Below, in pieces: positions 35,090 to 44,215 of a DNA stretch of 51,037 nt. The translations under genes and the position numbers were made by a program. Each line of letters begins with the position of its first letter. Position 1 is the first letter of the stretch. This DNA is from a virus (taxonomy: Duplodnaviria; Caudoviricetes), in IMG/VR virus record IMGVR_UViG_3300036851_000137, positions 1-51,037 of that record; one strand, 5' to 3'. The notes beneath the pieces are model-generated. The model was not told the origin of the DNA. It searched no databases and saw nothing but the letters and a program-made list of their open reading frames with translations.

Positions 35090-35347
35090 CTATTCGCTCG
35101 TCCCGTTACGCTCGGAGGTGAACTGCGGCGGGTGCAGCTCGGGGAACGCCTCGACGATTGCGTGGGCTACCTCGCGATAATGGTCGGCCTGACATTTTGA
35201 GCACGTATATGAGTGGGGATCGCTGACGAAGGGGCAATCGCCGGAATGCTCGATCGCGGCCAGGATTGCGTCGGCGTTGCCGCCATCATCTGCGATTATC
35301 AACAAGCGAGCGATCTTTTCGGCGTTGATCTCGGCTACGGTCTTCAT
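35090..35347 (-). CDS. Hypothetical protein
   Basis: Likely start MKTVAEIN. Confidence 0.45.
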   Translation of the reverse strand: MKTVAEINAEKIARLLIIADDGGNADAILAAIEHSGDCPFVSDPHSYTCSKCQADHYREVAHAIVEAFPELHPPQFTSERNGTSE

Positions 35348-35357
35348 CTCACTGTCC

Positions 35358-35588
35358 TCACTCCCTCGGCGGATTCCTGGCCCCGGCAAACAGTGCCAAT
35401 GCAGCGGCCAGGGCTGCCGCCAACGCCTCGGACAGGCGATTCTCGGCATCGCACTTCCGTCCGGCCTCGATCATCGCCGACAGGTTCCACCAACAGGTGA
35501 CGACGCTGCCGACGACGATCACCACGTAGGCCAGGATAACCGCCGCCACCAGATAGAACGACCAGCGGAGAAGGTCGAAGGGCGGCAT
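35358..35588 (-). CDS. Small membrane protein
   Basis: Two hydrophobic helices; follows the endolysin. Confidence 0.55.
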   Translation of the reverse strand: MPPFDLLRWSFYLVAAVILAYVVIVVGSVVTCWWNLSAMIEAGRKCDAENRLSEALAAALAAALALFAGARNPPRE

Positions 35589-35600
35589 CGGTTGCCACGG

Positions 35601-36329
35601 CTATTTCTTCGCGAGGTCAGCGGGTGGCAGGAACCCTGCAGCGGCATCAATCATCCGTTTCAGCAGTTCGACCTGCTCTCGGGTCCGCACGACCATGTAG
35701 ACGACGAAGTGGTCCTCGTGGAGAGAGATGATCGGATCAATCACTGGTGGAAACAGCGGAGTCGGTTCTGGAGGAACAGGAACCGGGACAGGCACGAGAG
35801 GTGGTTCTGGCAACGGCGCTGGTTCCTGCACGATCGGGAGTGCGGCAAGCCCTGCCGCGTACCGGGCCGGGAATGTCTTGTCGGACAGGGAGGTCCAGGT
35901 CGGCTGAAGAATACCGCCGATATCATCCAACCGACCGGCGATCAACTCCGCCCGCAGCGACAATCCCGTTCGCGCTCGGAAGTCACTCTGGGCCAGCAGC
36001 CAGCAGCCCCAATCCTGATCCCCAGGATTGCGAAAATTCGGCACCGAGCCGGTTGGGAACATCGCCACGGTGCCCTTCCAGGTTCTCGGCTGGAATTGGT
36101 AGCGACCCGAAGCATGCGAGTTGTCTTTGCCAGCCCAATCAGGAAAGCCGAAATGTCCCTTCAGGTCAGGAAATTTCTCGAACGATCCACCGCCATAGAA
36201 GATGAAGTAGGGCGAGATGCCCTCTGCCTTCGCGGACGGATCGCTCTCTCCTCTCGCGATGGCGATCAGAAGTGCCCGCGCCTCACGCGGGAGATTGGCC
36301 GCCGGCAGGATGATACCTGGATCACTCAT
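35601..36329 (-). CDS. Endolysin, lambda-R/GH104-like lytic transglycosylase
   Basis: ALLIAIARGES (catalytic Glu), ASGRYQF..TW, QD, L..TWTSL; Pro-rich tail. Confidence 0.85.
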   Translation of the reverse strand: MSDPGIILPAANLPREARALLIAIARGESDPSAKAEGISPYFIFYGGGSFEKFPDLKGHFGFPDWAGKDNSHASGRYQFQPRTWKGTVAMFPTGSVPNFRNPGDQDWGCWLLAQSDFRARTGLSLRAELIAGRLDDIGGILQPTWTSLSDKTFPARYAAGLAALPIVQEPAPLPEPPLVPVPVPVPPEPTPLFPPVIDPIISLHEDHFVVYMVVRTREQVELLKRMIDAAAGFLPPADLAKK

Positions 36330-36664
36330 TTAGTGTCCTCTTCGCGAGCGACTGAACACATTATTTCAAAAATTTCCCCGGCTCCGCTTTCATATGAATC
36401 AAAACGGTTATCGTACCTGATAAGCTCTAACGCCCCTGCCTTGATCATCGGCGGGGTTGGCTTACGAGGCACGATTTCATAGCCCGCCTCGGCCAGCGCT
36501 GCCTCATATGCGTCAATTGCTGCACAACTCAGATACGGCCAAGCATCACCCAGCGATCCGACAAGTACGCGCTCCAAAGAATGTAAGTTAAAGAAAGGTT
36601 GTGCCGCACGTATCTTCATTGCCTTCGTCACTTTTTGCGCGATCATGCTTTCTGGATCACTCAT
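36326..36664 (-). CDS. Hypothetical protein
   Basis: VPRKPTPPMIKAG motif common in phage accessory proteins. Confidence 0.55.
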   Translation of the reverse strand: MSDPESMIAQKVTKAMKIRAAQPFFNLHSLERVLVGSLGDAWPYLSCAAIDAYEAALAEAGYEIVPRKPTPPMIKAGALELIRYDNRFDSYESGAGEIFEIMCSVAREEDTK

Positions 36665-36733
36665 CTTCCGAACACCGCAATTGCAACGATAAGCGCAAGC
36701 AGAAAGCCGACTCCGAGCACGGTTGCGTAGCCG

Positions 36734-36907
36734 TCACTCATCGTCAACCTCGAAAATCGGCACCGCTGTCGCAGCCATGCCCGCTTCCAGTAGGCACCGG
36801 ATCGCGGACGCTTTCGATGGCGGCACCAATTGCCCCGATCGCCACTCGTCAATCCGACGCAGCAGATCTTCGGGCACGCGCACGTCCAAGCGTTTGTCGT
36901 GTCTCAT
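36734..36907 (-). CDS. Ribbon-helix-helix regulator
   Basis: RLDVRVPEDLLRRIDEWR...PPSKASAIRCLLEAG; paralogue of 22564..22776. Confidence 0.75.
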   Translation of the reverse strand: MRHDKRLDVRVPEDLLRRIDEWRSGQLVPPSKASAIRCLLEAGMAATAVPIFEVDDE

Positions 36908-36938
36908 TCCGACATTGTACGACAAACGCAGGGCCGCA

Positions 36939-37232
36939 TCAATCCTTCTCAATCAACGGAGCCTCGCCCGGCGCATCCCGCAGCGCCCGCTCGGGGAACG
37001 ACTTGATCGGAGCCGGACAGGCCACCTTAACGGGCGGACCCAGCTTTTGGAACCCGAAGAACTTGTCTACTTGACGGCCGATCTCGTGCTCGGTCTCGCC
37101 GTGCTGCTGCTGGATGCGGTCACGGACATCCTGCTCAGTCTCGGTCATAAAGGTCTCCCGCTCTAAGTATGCCCGCCATTGCCTATCCAGAAACGCCCGC
37201 CACGCCGGACCTGAAAAATCCCCTTCCATCAC
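36939..37232 (-). CDS. Hypothetical protein
   Basis: ORF track; coupled overlap. Confidence 0.45.
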   Translation of the reverse strand: MMEGDFSGPAWRAFLDRQWRAYLERETFMTETEQDVRDRIQQQHGETEHEIGRQVDKFFGFQKLGPPVKVACPAPIKSFPERALRDAPGEAPLIEKD

Positions 37233-37483
37233 CCGGCACCCCCGGTGAGAACCTGCTGCTCGACATAATCCGCCATCTCCGGTGGAACCCGGCAGCGCGC
37301 GACGGTTGCCGCCTTGCGGCGCTCATCCATGCGCGCCTCCTCGATCATCATGTACAGTTGACCGAATTGCGGATCCGAGCCGGTGTGCCGCGCATCATCC
37401 AGCCGCCGAAACAAGAATGCCGTATCGACGTTCCTGATCCACCTGTTATTGCGAACAAATGTCTCGCGCGCGTCGTCGGTCAT
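37229..37483 (-). CDS. Hypothetical protein
   Basis: AAGGAG RBS. Confidence 0.5.
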   Translation of the reverse strand: MTDDARETFVRNNRWIRNVDTAFLFRRLDDARHTGSDPQFGQLYMMIEEARMDERRKAATVARCRVPPEMADYVEQQVLTGGAG

Positions 37484-37636
37484 CGCGCTCTCCTTATTGC
37501 AGGGCGATTCTCTCGTATTGCGCCAGGGCCAGCACCCCGAACGCGATCGCCGGGGTACAGTACGCCGTCAGCGACGCCGTTACCACCTGCGGGCATACGG
37601 CCGCTAGGAGGGGAAGCGCGACCGCGACAACAAGGG

Positions 37637-38170
37637 TCATGGCTTCTGTATCTCCGCCTCGGCGAGCCTGAACTGTGTCATCCGATCGGCGATGATCGCC
37701 TCAAGCTCCGCGATCCGCTGTTCCGTGCGCTCAATCTCCGACAATTCCGCCGATGTTATATCACGTCCCGCTGCCTCGGTCAGCGCCACGATCCGGCGCA
37801 GCATGACCAGCGTTAGCCTAGCCTGGTTAAGTTCCCCCTGCCGCGCCGCCGTCATGTCGCTGTTGACCAGGGTATGGATCTGCTTCAGCTGGGCGTGCGT
37901 CTCCGAGACATCGGCCTTGGTCGCCGCCGCGACTGATCGAGCTACCTGAGCCGCCACAGCCGCCACCTCGTCAGCCTTCTCGATAGTCAGCCGCTGTGAC
38001 GCTTGAAGCAGACTCGCCGTCTCATCCGCCTTTCTCGCCACCTGATCCTGCCGGGCGATGTCCTCGGCCCTCTCCCTGGCCCTAGTCCGTCGCTCGATAA
38101 GCGCGACGATGATCGCTGGCGCAGGCGCCAGAACCCAGATAACAAAAATGCCAATCCAAACGGGGTCCAC
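37637..38170 (-). CDS. Membrane-anchored coiled-coil protein
   Basis: N-terminal TM; IHTLVNS motif. Confidence 0.65.
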   Translation of the reverse strand: MDPVWIGIFVIWVLAPAPAIIVALIERRTRARERAEDIARQDQVARKADETASLLQASQRLTIEKADEVAAVAAQVARSVAAATKADVSETHAQLKQIHTLVNSDMTAARQGELNQARLTLVMLRRIVALTEAAGRDITSAELSEIERTEQRIAELEAIIADRMTQFRLAEAEIQKP

Positions 38171-38171
38171 T

Positions 38172-38501
38172 CTACCTGCTCTCCAGCCGCTCTTTCATCC
38201 ATTGCACCTGCCCAGGAATATCGGGGTTGGGCTTCTGCTTGTCGATATCTCGCAACTCTGGCCGATGATTGACTGGTGCCCGTAGAGTTGGCGGCGGCGG
38301 CGCAGGCAGATATCTCTGATGCGATGTGTAGTATGACGCGGGAACCACACATAGCGACGGTGGCCCATCCGGGCACGCGGATGCGCATCCACTTAGGATC
38401 ACCAAGAGTATCAAACCGACGAAATAGAGTCCTAGAGATACGCAAGCACCTTGAAGACAGGTTAAAGTGCATTCTACCAATTCAGACTTAATGCGACTCA
38501 T
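38172..38501 (-). CDS. Hypothetical membrane protein or lipoprotein
   Basis: Hydrophobic segment ending LSGC. Confidence 0.45.
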   Translation of the reverse strand: MSRIKSELVECTLTCLQGACVSLGLYFVGLILLVILSGCASACPDGPPSLCVVPASYYTSHQRYLPAPPPPTLRAPVNHRPELRDIDKQKPNPDIPGQVQWMKERLESR

Positions 38502-38797
38502 TTCTTCCCTCCCGGCTGAGCTGCCCGGATCGCATTCGACACCGCCAAGTCAGTCTGGAGCCGGGCAAGCGCAGTCCGCATCTCGGTGGTGAACAGCTTG
38601 TCGTCGGTCTTCGCCTGCACGAACTGCGCCGTCAGATCATCGAACTTCGTCGACAGCAAAACCTGCTTGGTAGATAGTTCGTTGAGGGTTCGCAGATCCT
38701 CGTTGCGCATGACGACTAGGCCGACCGCCGCCGACCCGATGATTGCGACGAGCGTGCCAATGGTCGCGAGGTTCAGAGTGGTGTCTACTTTCAGCAT
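38498..38797 (-). CDS. Membrane-anchored coiled-coil protein
   Basis: TTLNLATIGTL TM followed by coiled coil. Confidence 0.65.
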   Translation of the reverse strand: MLKVDTTLNLATIGTLVAIIGSAAVGLVVMRNEDLRTLNELSTKQVLLSTKFDDLTAQFVQAKTDDKLFTTEMRTALARLQTDLAVSNAIRAAQPGGKK

Positions 38798-38806
38798 CGG
38801 CTGCGT

Positions 38807-41554
38807 TCATGCTGTATTCTGTAACGCCCAGCCGACACCATCGTCAAAGTCTCCGGTGAATTTCGCCATCGCCGCCGTATAGGCCGCATCGCTATTTGCT
38901 GCCCCGCCAAGGGCGACGGACGACAGGGCCATCGCCGCAATCGCGTTCGCCACATAGCCATCTGTCGCACTTGCATTATCCGCGCTGCCCGCCACCCCGG
39001 ATGAGGGACAGGAGGTATCGTGCCACACACCGCCGACCCCCGAGGGACTGGTGGCATAGGTAATCGCCGTTCCACCTGGAGTCGTCGCGATTTTGAACGT
39101 TTTGGCCCCGATATTCAGATCCCGGACATAATACCGCCGTCCCTGCGTCAACTCAGCCGGGGGTGTCGTCGCGGCAACCCCCGACTGCGTAAGGCGATCG
39201 TAGGCATAGAAGTGATCGCCATCGACAAGGGTAAAGAGCGCATCCGAGCCCGACCATGTAATCGTCCCGTCAGTCGCGAACGCATACGAGGTATTGCTGC
39301 CGGGTACATTGCCAACATCGTCCCAGGAGGCTGCGTAATCGCTCTCGGTAAAGAGCGGCCCATACTCGTATCCTGTCCCAAAGAACGGGCAAAAGGTGCT
39401 GTAGATGTTCGCCATCCATGTATCGCAGAAGTTCGACAGAAACGTGTTGAGCGGGGTCGCAAGGTCCGGGTCGTCTCCGAGCAGCATCCCGGTATAGCCC
39501 AGCGTCGCCGCCGCGTACCAGCTCATGTAGTTCGACATGATTGTCAGATCGCGCCGGGTTGACGGAATGTCCGCGTCGAACACATAAAATCCCATCGTCT
39601 GGTAGTTGGTCCCTTTCGCCGCCCGGTCAGCGACATACCAGTCGAGGATATTCTTCAGCACTTGAATGAGGTACGCCTTCTCGTCCGACCCGTCCGGCGC
39701 GACGAAGGCGGCATAGGCGATATCCCGCAAGGCCCAGAACGCAATACGGAGATTCAACCCCCCTTCGGTGATGACCAGCGCGTAATAGGTCGTGCCGGTT
39801 CCCCCGACCTGCCTATTGCGATTGGCAAGAAAGGACTTTTGCAAAATCCCGGCGTTCCCCGCGAAGTAAAGCATCTCCCGCAGATAATCCCCGCCCTCCA
39901 TCAGCCACGTTGCGAAGATCGGGGCCGGTGTATGACTCGTATTCGGCGTGAAACTCTGCGTGAATTGGCCGCCGCCCCCGGTGAATGTCCCGGTCCCCGC
40001 CCCGATCTGCGTCGAACAGCTACCCCCAAGCGCGAACGCCGTTTCCAGTCCCGTCCCAAGTCCCGCCGGGAGTTGCGCGGTCGGCAGCAGACCAGGAATC
40101 TTTCCCGTCGCGCTATTCCTCCAAGCCCGCCCTATTGCCCCCATGCCATAGGCCGAAACCCGCGCCCAGCGTTGCGCCGCCTGGTCGTTCTTGACCAGCA
40201 TCGCGGAGGACCATTCGGTCAGAAGGCCGATATCGTCTCTGTTTCCCGTGGCACCAAGATCACGGCAGATGCTCGCCCGCGCCAAGGGGCCACAGCAGAG
40301 CCGCACGAAAACGCTCGTCCCGGCACCGGTCGGGACTAACTTGCCGGTAGCGCCCCCCGCGATCGCGTTGGGCAGCGTGTCATAGAGTTGGAATGTGTTC
40401 GCGTCGATGAAATCCGCCCAATACACGTTACCGTCTGCGAACCCCGTACCTGACGGCAGCACCGTCCCTCGGAAGTCTATCGCGGTCGGGAACGCGGTCG
40501 AGTTCGCCCCGAAGATCGCCGTCATGTTCCCGGTAGAGGTCACGATCCCGGTGCTGGTGCTGATCGTACATGCCCACTCGGCCGCCTGCGTGTACACGAG
40601 CCCGGTCTTGAATGGCGGGATCTTCTTGGTCGCTCGAACGAGATTGTAGTCCTGAGTGACGACCAGCGACGGCTCGTTTGTTGACCAATCGCCCTGCCCG
40701 TCCACCCGGCATCCCGCCGCGATCGCGCCACAATGCAACTCGACCCCGACCCGAGTCCGCTGCGCCGCGCCACCACGCTTCCAGGTCATATCGAAGTTGA
40801 ATCGGCTCGGATCGGTCAGATCCATCAGGGTGTTCTCGATAAACGGTCCCCTCGAACGAACAGGGCCGAGGCTGGTGTCTGCCTTCTGGCAAACCCAATA
40901 CTCCATGACCGCCTGGAGGAAGCGGTGCGTCGATCCGGTGTTGACGAAGGCAGCGCGGACCAGAACCTTGAGCCCACGCGGCCCCTGTCCCGTGATCGTG
41001 ATCGTGTTGGTGCCGCCAGCATCAAAAGCCGCCGTATACGTCCCCGCCTTGTCCATGTTGTTGCCGCTGGTGCCGGTCGTTGTCATGTTCGTCAGCTCGA
41101 CCGTATCGACGAGCCCGGTCCAATCCGCATTGGTCCGCGCAGTCGTCGTGCTCCAGCTTCCGGCGGTCGATGTCAACACCAGATCGGAGCTTGCCGCAGC
41201 GGCCAGCGAGATGCCCGACAAGTCCACCAGCAACTCGGTCCAGGCGAGGGAGCCATCCGCGTGGGTGATCGACCCGACGCCCTGCACTGGCACCGAGACG
41301 CCGCCAACCGTACCCGTAACGATGCTCCCACTCGGCACCTCGCCCTCGATGAACGGGTGCCCAATCGACCAGAACGCCGTCGCCGGCAGGGCCGACCCCG
41401 AGACGTTGGTAAATGTCCGTTCCAACGGGATCGTCGCCGGCGGCGGAGCGCTTCCGGCGGCCCCGCCACGCCAAAACAGCCGCGCACCAGCATCCGCTTG
41501 ATACAGCGCCGCCCCCGCGACACCCCCAAGAAGCGCTCTCCGACGAGAAATCAC
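38807..41554 (-). CDS. Large protein with twin-arginine-like signal; possibly a polysaccharide-lyase-like or receptor-binding protein
   Basis: MISRRRALLGG; GHPF..GEVP...VPVQ...HADGS N-terminal barrel pattern; TGNRDDIG; two tail-fibre-like YYV...TF.(L/I)A inserts. Confidence 0.6.
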   Translation of the reverse strand: MISRRRALLGGVAGAALYQADAGARLFWRGGAAGSAPPPATIPLERTFTNVSGSALPATAFWSIGHPFIEGEVPSGSIVTGTVGGVSVPVQGVGSITHADGSLAWTELLVDLSGISLAAAASSDLVLTSTAGSWSTTTARTNADWTGLVDTVELTNMTTTGTSGNNMDKAGTYTAAFDAGGTNTITITGQGPRGLKVLVRAAFVNTGSTHRFLQAVMEYWVCQKADTSLGPVRSRGPFIENTLMDLTDPSRFNFDMTWKRGGAAQRTRVGVELHCGAIAAGCRVDGQGDWSTNEPSLVVTQDYNLVRATKKIPPFKTGLVYTQAAEWACTISTSTGIVTSTGNMTAIFGANSTAFPTAIDFRGTVLPSGTGFADGNVYWADFIDANTFQLYDTLPNAIAGGATGKLVPTGAGTSVFVRLCCGPLARASICRDLGATGNRDDIGLLTEWSSAMLVKNDQAAQRWARVSAYGMGAIGRAWRNSATGKIPGLLPTAQLPAGLGTGLETAFALGGSCSTQIGAGTGTFTGGGGQFTQSFTPNTSHTPAPIFATWLMEGGDYLREMLYFAGNAGILQKSFLANRNRQVGGTGTTYYALVITEGGLNLRIAFWALRDIAYAAFVAPDGSDEKAYLIQVLKNILDWYVADRAAKGTNYQTMGFYVFDADIPSTRRDLTIMSNYMSWYAAATLGYTGMLLGDDPDLATPLNTFLSNFCDTWMANIYSTFCPFFGTGYEYGPLFTESDYAASWDDVGNVPGSNTSYAFATDGTITWSGSDALFTLVDGDHFYAYDRLTQSGVAATTPPAELTQGRRYYVRDLNIGAKTFKIATTPGGTAITYATSPSGVGGVWHDTSCPSSGVAGSADNASATDGYVANAIAAMALSSVALGGAANSDAAYTAAMAKFTGDFDDGVGWALQNTA

Positions 41555-42705
41555 TGCGGGTCGATCTCGAATGACCAGCGCATCCCGCGTGCGGTAGGAG
41601 TGTTGGAGGGCACGGAACGTACCGCCACAAGATCGCCAGCAGCAACATTCATCGCGTTTGCGCCGTTGGTGTCGTTACAGGCAGTCGCCGCATCAGCGAC
41701 GGTGCAAGTCAGGAGCGTGCCCGGCGTGGCCGCATTGACTCGGATACTGAAGGCCCAGCTCGTCCCTGCCCCGGGCGATCCGCTGTTCAAGCCGATGTAG
41801 AGGTTCTTGAGCGTTGCGGCATACGGAATGATGATCTGGGTGACCGCCTCCGTCGCGCTGATCGTCATAATCCCGGTATAGTTCGTTGCCGAATTCGAGA
41901 GCGTTGTGGCGCCTGTGGCACCCGAGAGGGCCGCCTTGGACGTGCCACTCGTCCCGTTGCTGGCCGCCGTGATGCGGCCCTGCTGATCGACCGTAAGGTT
42001 CGTGCTCGTATAACTCCCCGGCGTGACCGCCGTATTGGCAAGGGCCGGTGCTGCGTCCGACCGCATGAACGTCGCGGCCGATCCGTTGACCGCGCTGCCG
42101 CTCACGGTGGCGCTTGGGTTTGCCGTCGCCACCGTTGGCAGACCGATTGCACAGTGATAATTGGCTCCGTCCGACCAGCAATCGACGGTCTGCTGCGGAC
42201 CGATCGCGATCCCTGTGGCCCCGGCAATTCCGTTGATGAGACTCGTCGTGGCGGTGAGCGTATTGCCAACACTCCGAGTCTTGTAGGTAAACCCGAACCC
42301 GGCCCCGAATCCTGGATCAGTCGCGACCGGGATAACATCGGTCTGCGTGATCGAGTTCGCCCGATCAATAATATTGCCAGCGTCTGTCGTTTGAATCGTG
42401 TAGGCGCTATTCGCACTCTGAAGTGCAGAAGCTGCCTTCGTCCCGACCGTGAACGTGCCAGTGCCTGGCGTCGGGTCAATGACGATATTCGGAGTCGCCG
42501 CTGTCACGCTGACCGAGCCACCCGCTCCCCCCGCGCCACCTGAGACCAATTGTGCATATGCTGGTGCCCCCAAAAAACAACTCGTGAGGCATGCGAGTAC
42601 GATCGCAATATGATATATCTTTATGCGCATATTATTTCTCACTGGCCCAAAAATGTCAGCATGGCGCATCATCGCATCAACTCCGTCTATGCGCGCTCCG
42701 GTCAC
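41551..42705 (-). CDS. Tail-fibre-like Gly/Thr/Ala-rich protein (start may be 42630)
   Basis: VTPGSYT...TVDQQGRITAASNG fibre motif; signal-like N-terminus. Confidence 0.65.
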   Translation of the reverse strand: MTGARIDGVDAMMRHADIFGPVRNNMRIKIYHIAIVLACLTSCFLGAPAYAQLVSGGAGGAGGSVSVTAATPNIVIDPTPGTGTFTVGTKAASALQSANSAYTIQTTDAGNIIDRANSITQTDVIPVATDPGFGAGFGFTYKTRSVGNTLTATTSLINGIAGATGIAIGPQQTVDCWSDGANYHCAIGLPTVATANPSATVSGSAVNGSAATFMRSDAAPALANTAVTPGSYTSTNLTVDQQGRITAASNGTSGTSKAALSGATGATTLSNSATNYTGIMTISATEAVTQIIIPYAATLKNLYIGLNSGSPGAGTSWAFSIRVNAATPGTLLTCTVADAATACNDTNGANAMNVAAGDLVAVRSVPSNTPTARGMRWSFEIDPQ

Positions 42706-43574
42706 TTGTATATAAACGTCATGTTGCCACCATTCGCCGTAGCTGTTACAACAGTTAATCCAGTCGCAAATGCCAACCCCGTAGTACCGAACGATAGCGT
42801 GACCGGGATCGTCGCCGTCGTAACCGCCGGGATGGCGATCACTGTCCCTGACCCAGCCGTATTGTCGTAAACGGTCGTGACGTTAGTTGCGGTTGCAGCC
42901 GAGTTGAGCACGATGGCATAGAGCGTCCCGGCACCTGATTTAACGACGGTGGTTGCCTGCCCCGCCACAACATTCAGAAAACTCGCACCAGCTCCCGTTG
43001 ATGCCGTTGGAATGGCATTGACACCAGAGGTATTGCCGCGAAGCCGATCCCAGGTAGTTCCGTTGAAGACTATTGGTGCGACCGATAGCGACAGCGTGGA
43101 GTATCCACCAGCATTCGCCACCGCCGCCAATGCGGTATTTGCGACGGCATCGGCTCCTGTGAGCGTGCTTCCCACAAGGCGCACGCGAAAATTTGCGTTG
43201 GCATCAAGTTGTGCATCCCCGCGCTGCCCCGTCGTTATCGTCGGAGGCGACGTGGTAAAGACACCACCAATCTTCAGCGGATTGCCACTATCCGTCGCTC
43301 CCGATGCAACATTGCCGATCGCGACAACCGCGTTCGTCGTGCCCGGCGTGGTCTGATCGATCGCGACGGTGCCACCAGAGGCGCCGGCCGCATCCGTTCT
43401 TAGCCTGCCATCAACGGTTAGCGTGAGAGGATGCTGCCCCCCATTTGCTATGGTCGGCGCCGTGCTGAGATACCGGCCTGAAACCAGAGTTTGCGCAGCA
43501 ACCGGACCGGATGTGGCCGCGATCAGCAGCGCGGCTGCCCAAACGCCAGTCGCGGCGACATGACGCCTTGTCAT
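42702..43574 (-). CDS. Virion-associated or secreted beta-rich protein
   Basis: Signal-like N-terminus; FNGTTWDR and VVKSGAGTL motifs. Confidence 0.6.
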   Translation of the reverse strand: MTRRHVAATGVWAAALLIAATSGPVAAQTLVSGRYLSTAPTIANGGQHPLTLTVDGRLRTDAAGASGGTVAIDQTTPGTTNAVVAIGNVASGATDSGNPLKIGGVFTTSPPTITTGQRGDAQLDANANFRVRLVGSTLTGADAVANTALAAVANAGGYSTLSLSVAPIVFNGTTWDRLRGNTSGVNAIPTASTGAGASFLNVVAGQATTVVKSGAGTLYAIVLNSAATATNVTTVYDNTAGSGTVIAIPAVTTATIPVTLSFGTTGLAFATGLTVVTATANGGNMTFIYK

Positions 43575-43576
43575 TA

Positions 43577-43948
43577 TTACCTAATCCCTTCCCGAATTGT
43601 CATCGGTTGAGACCCAGAGGCAGAGATAAAACAAAACCCGTCACGCGGCGCGGACTCTGCCGGCCAAAAGTGCAAAGTGCCTAAAGCAAGCGTCGTTGTG
43701 CCGGTGACTCCTATCGCAGCAGTACATGTAGCCCCCTGGCAATACCCGATATTAGCAGCTGACCCCGTCGCATCCAACGTAAGGGATGAGCGCGCGGTAC
43801 GCGCGGCCAGACAATTGCCGGATGTTACAGTAATTGTTGCTGCTGTCGTAATAATGCTTACGCCAGCCGCTATCCCCGGCAACGCCACCAACGTCAGCAT
43901 TACTACAGCGAGCAGCCCTTCCACCAATAGTTTTCTCATATTGCTCAT
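43577..43948 (-). CDS. Small secreted beta-rich protein
   Basis: Signal peptide; AAGGA RBS. Confidence 0.6.
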   Translation of the reverse strand: MSNMRKLLVEGLLAVVMLTLVALPGIAAGVSIITTAATITVTSGNCLAARTARSSLTLDATGSAANIGYCQGATCTAAIGVTGTTTLALGTLHFWPAESAPRDGFCFISASGSQPMTIREGIR

Positions 43949-43954
43949 TCCTTT

Positions 43955-44215
43955 TTACCCTCCGAACGGATGCCAAAGCCGCCAATCGCGCAGCATACAC
44001 CGCCCGTTACGCGGCTTCCAGCGGCCCACCTCTTGCCCATTCCGATCCTGATCGACAGCGACGCACTCGGTGCCGTTCCTCGCCACCATGAGGCTCGATG
44101 CCATGTAGGACGAGATGTAAACCCCTCCGACGACCCCCGCTATAAAGAGTCCCGCACCGAGCAGAAGAATGCGACCTATATCTCTTGCTCCGGCATATAA
44201 AGCCCAATCGCTCAT
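43955..44215 (-). CDS. Small membrane protein
   Basis: One TM helix; ATGA overlap. Confidence 0.5.
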   Translation of the reverse strand: MSDWALYAGARDIGRILLLGAGLFIAGVVGGVYISSYMASSLMVARNGTECVAVDQDRNGQEVGRWKPRNGRCMLRDWRLWHPFGG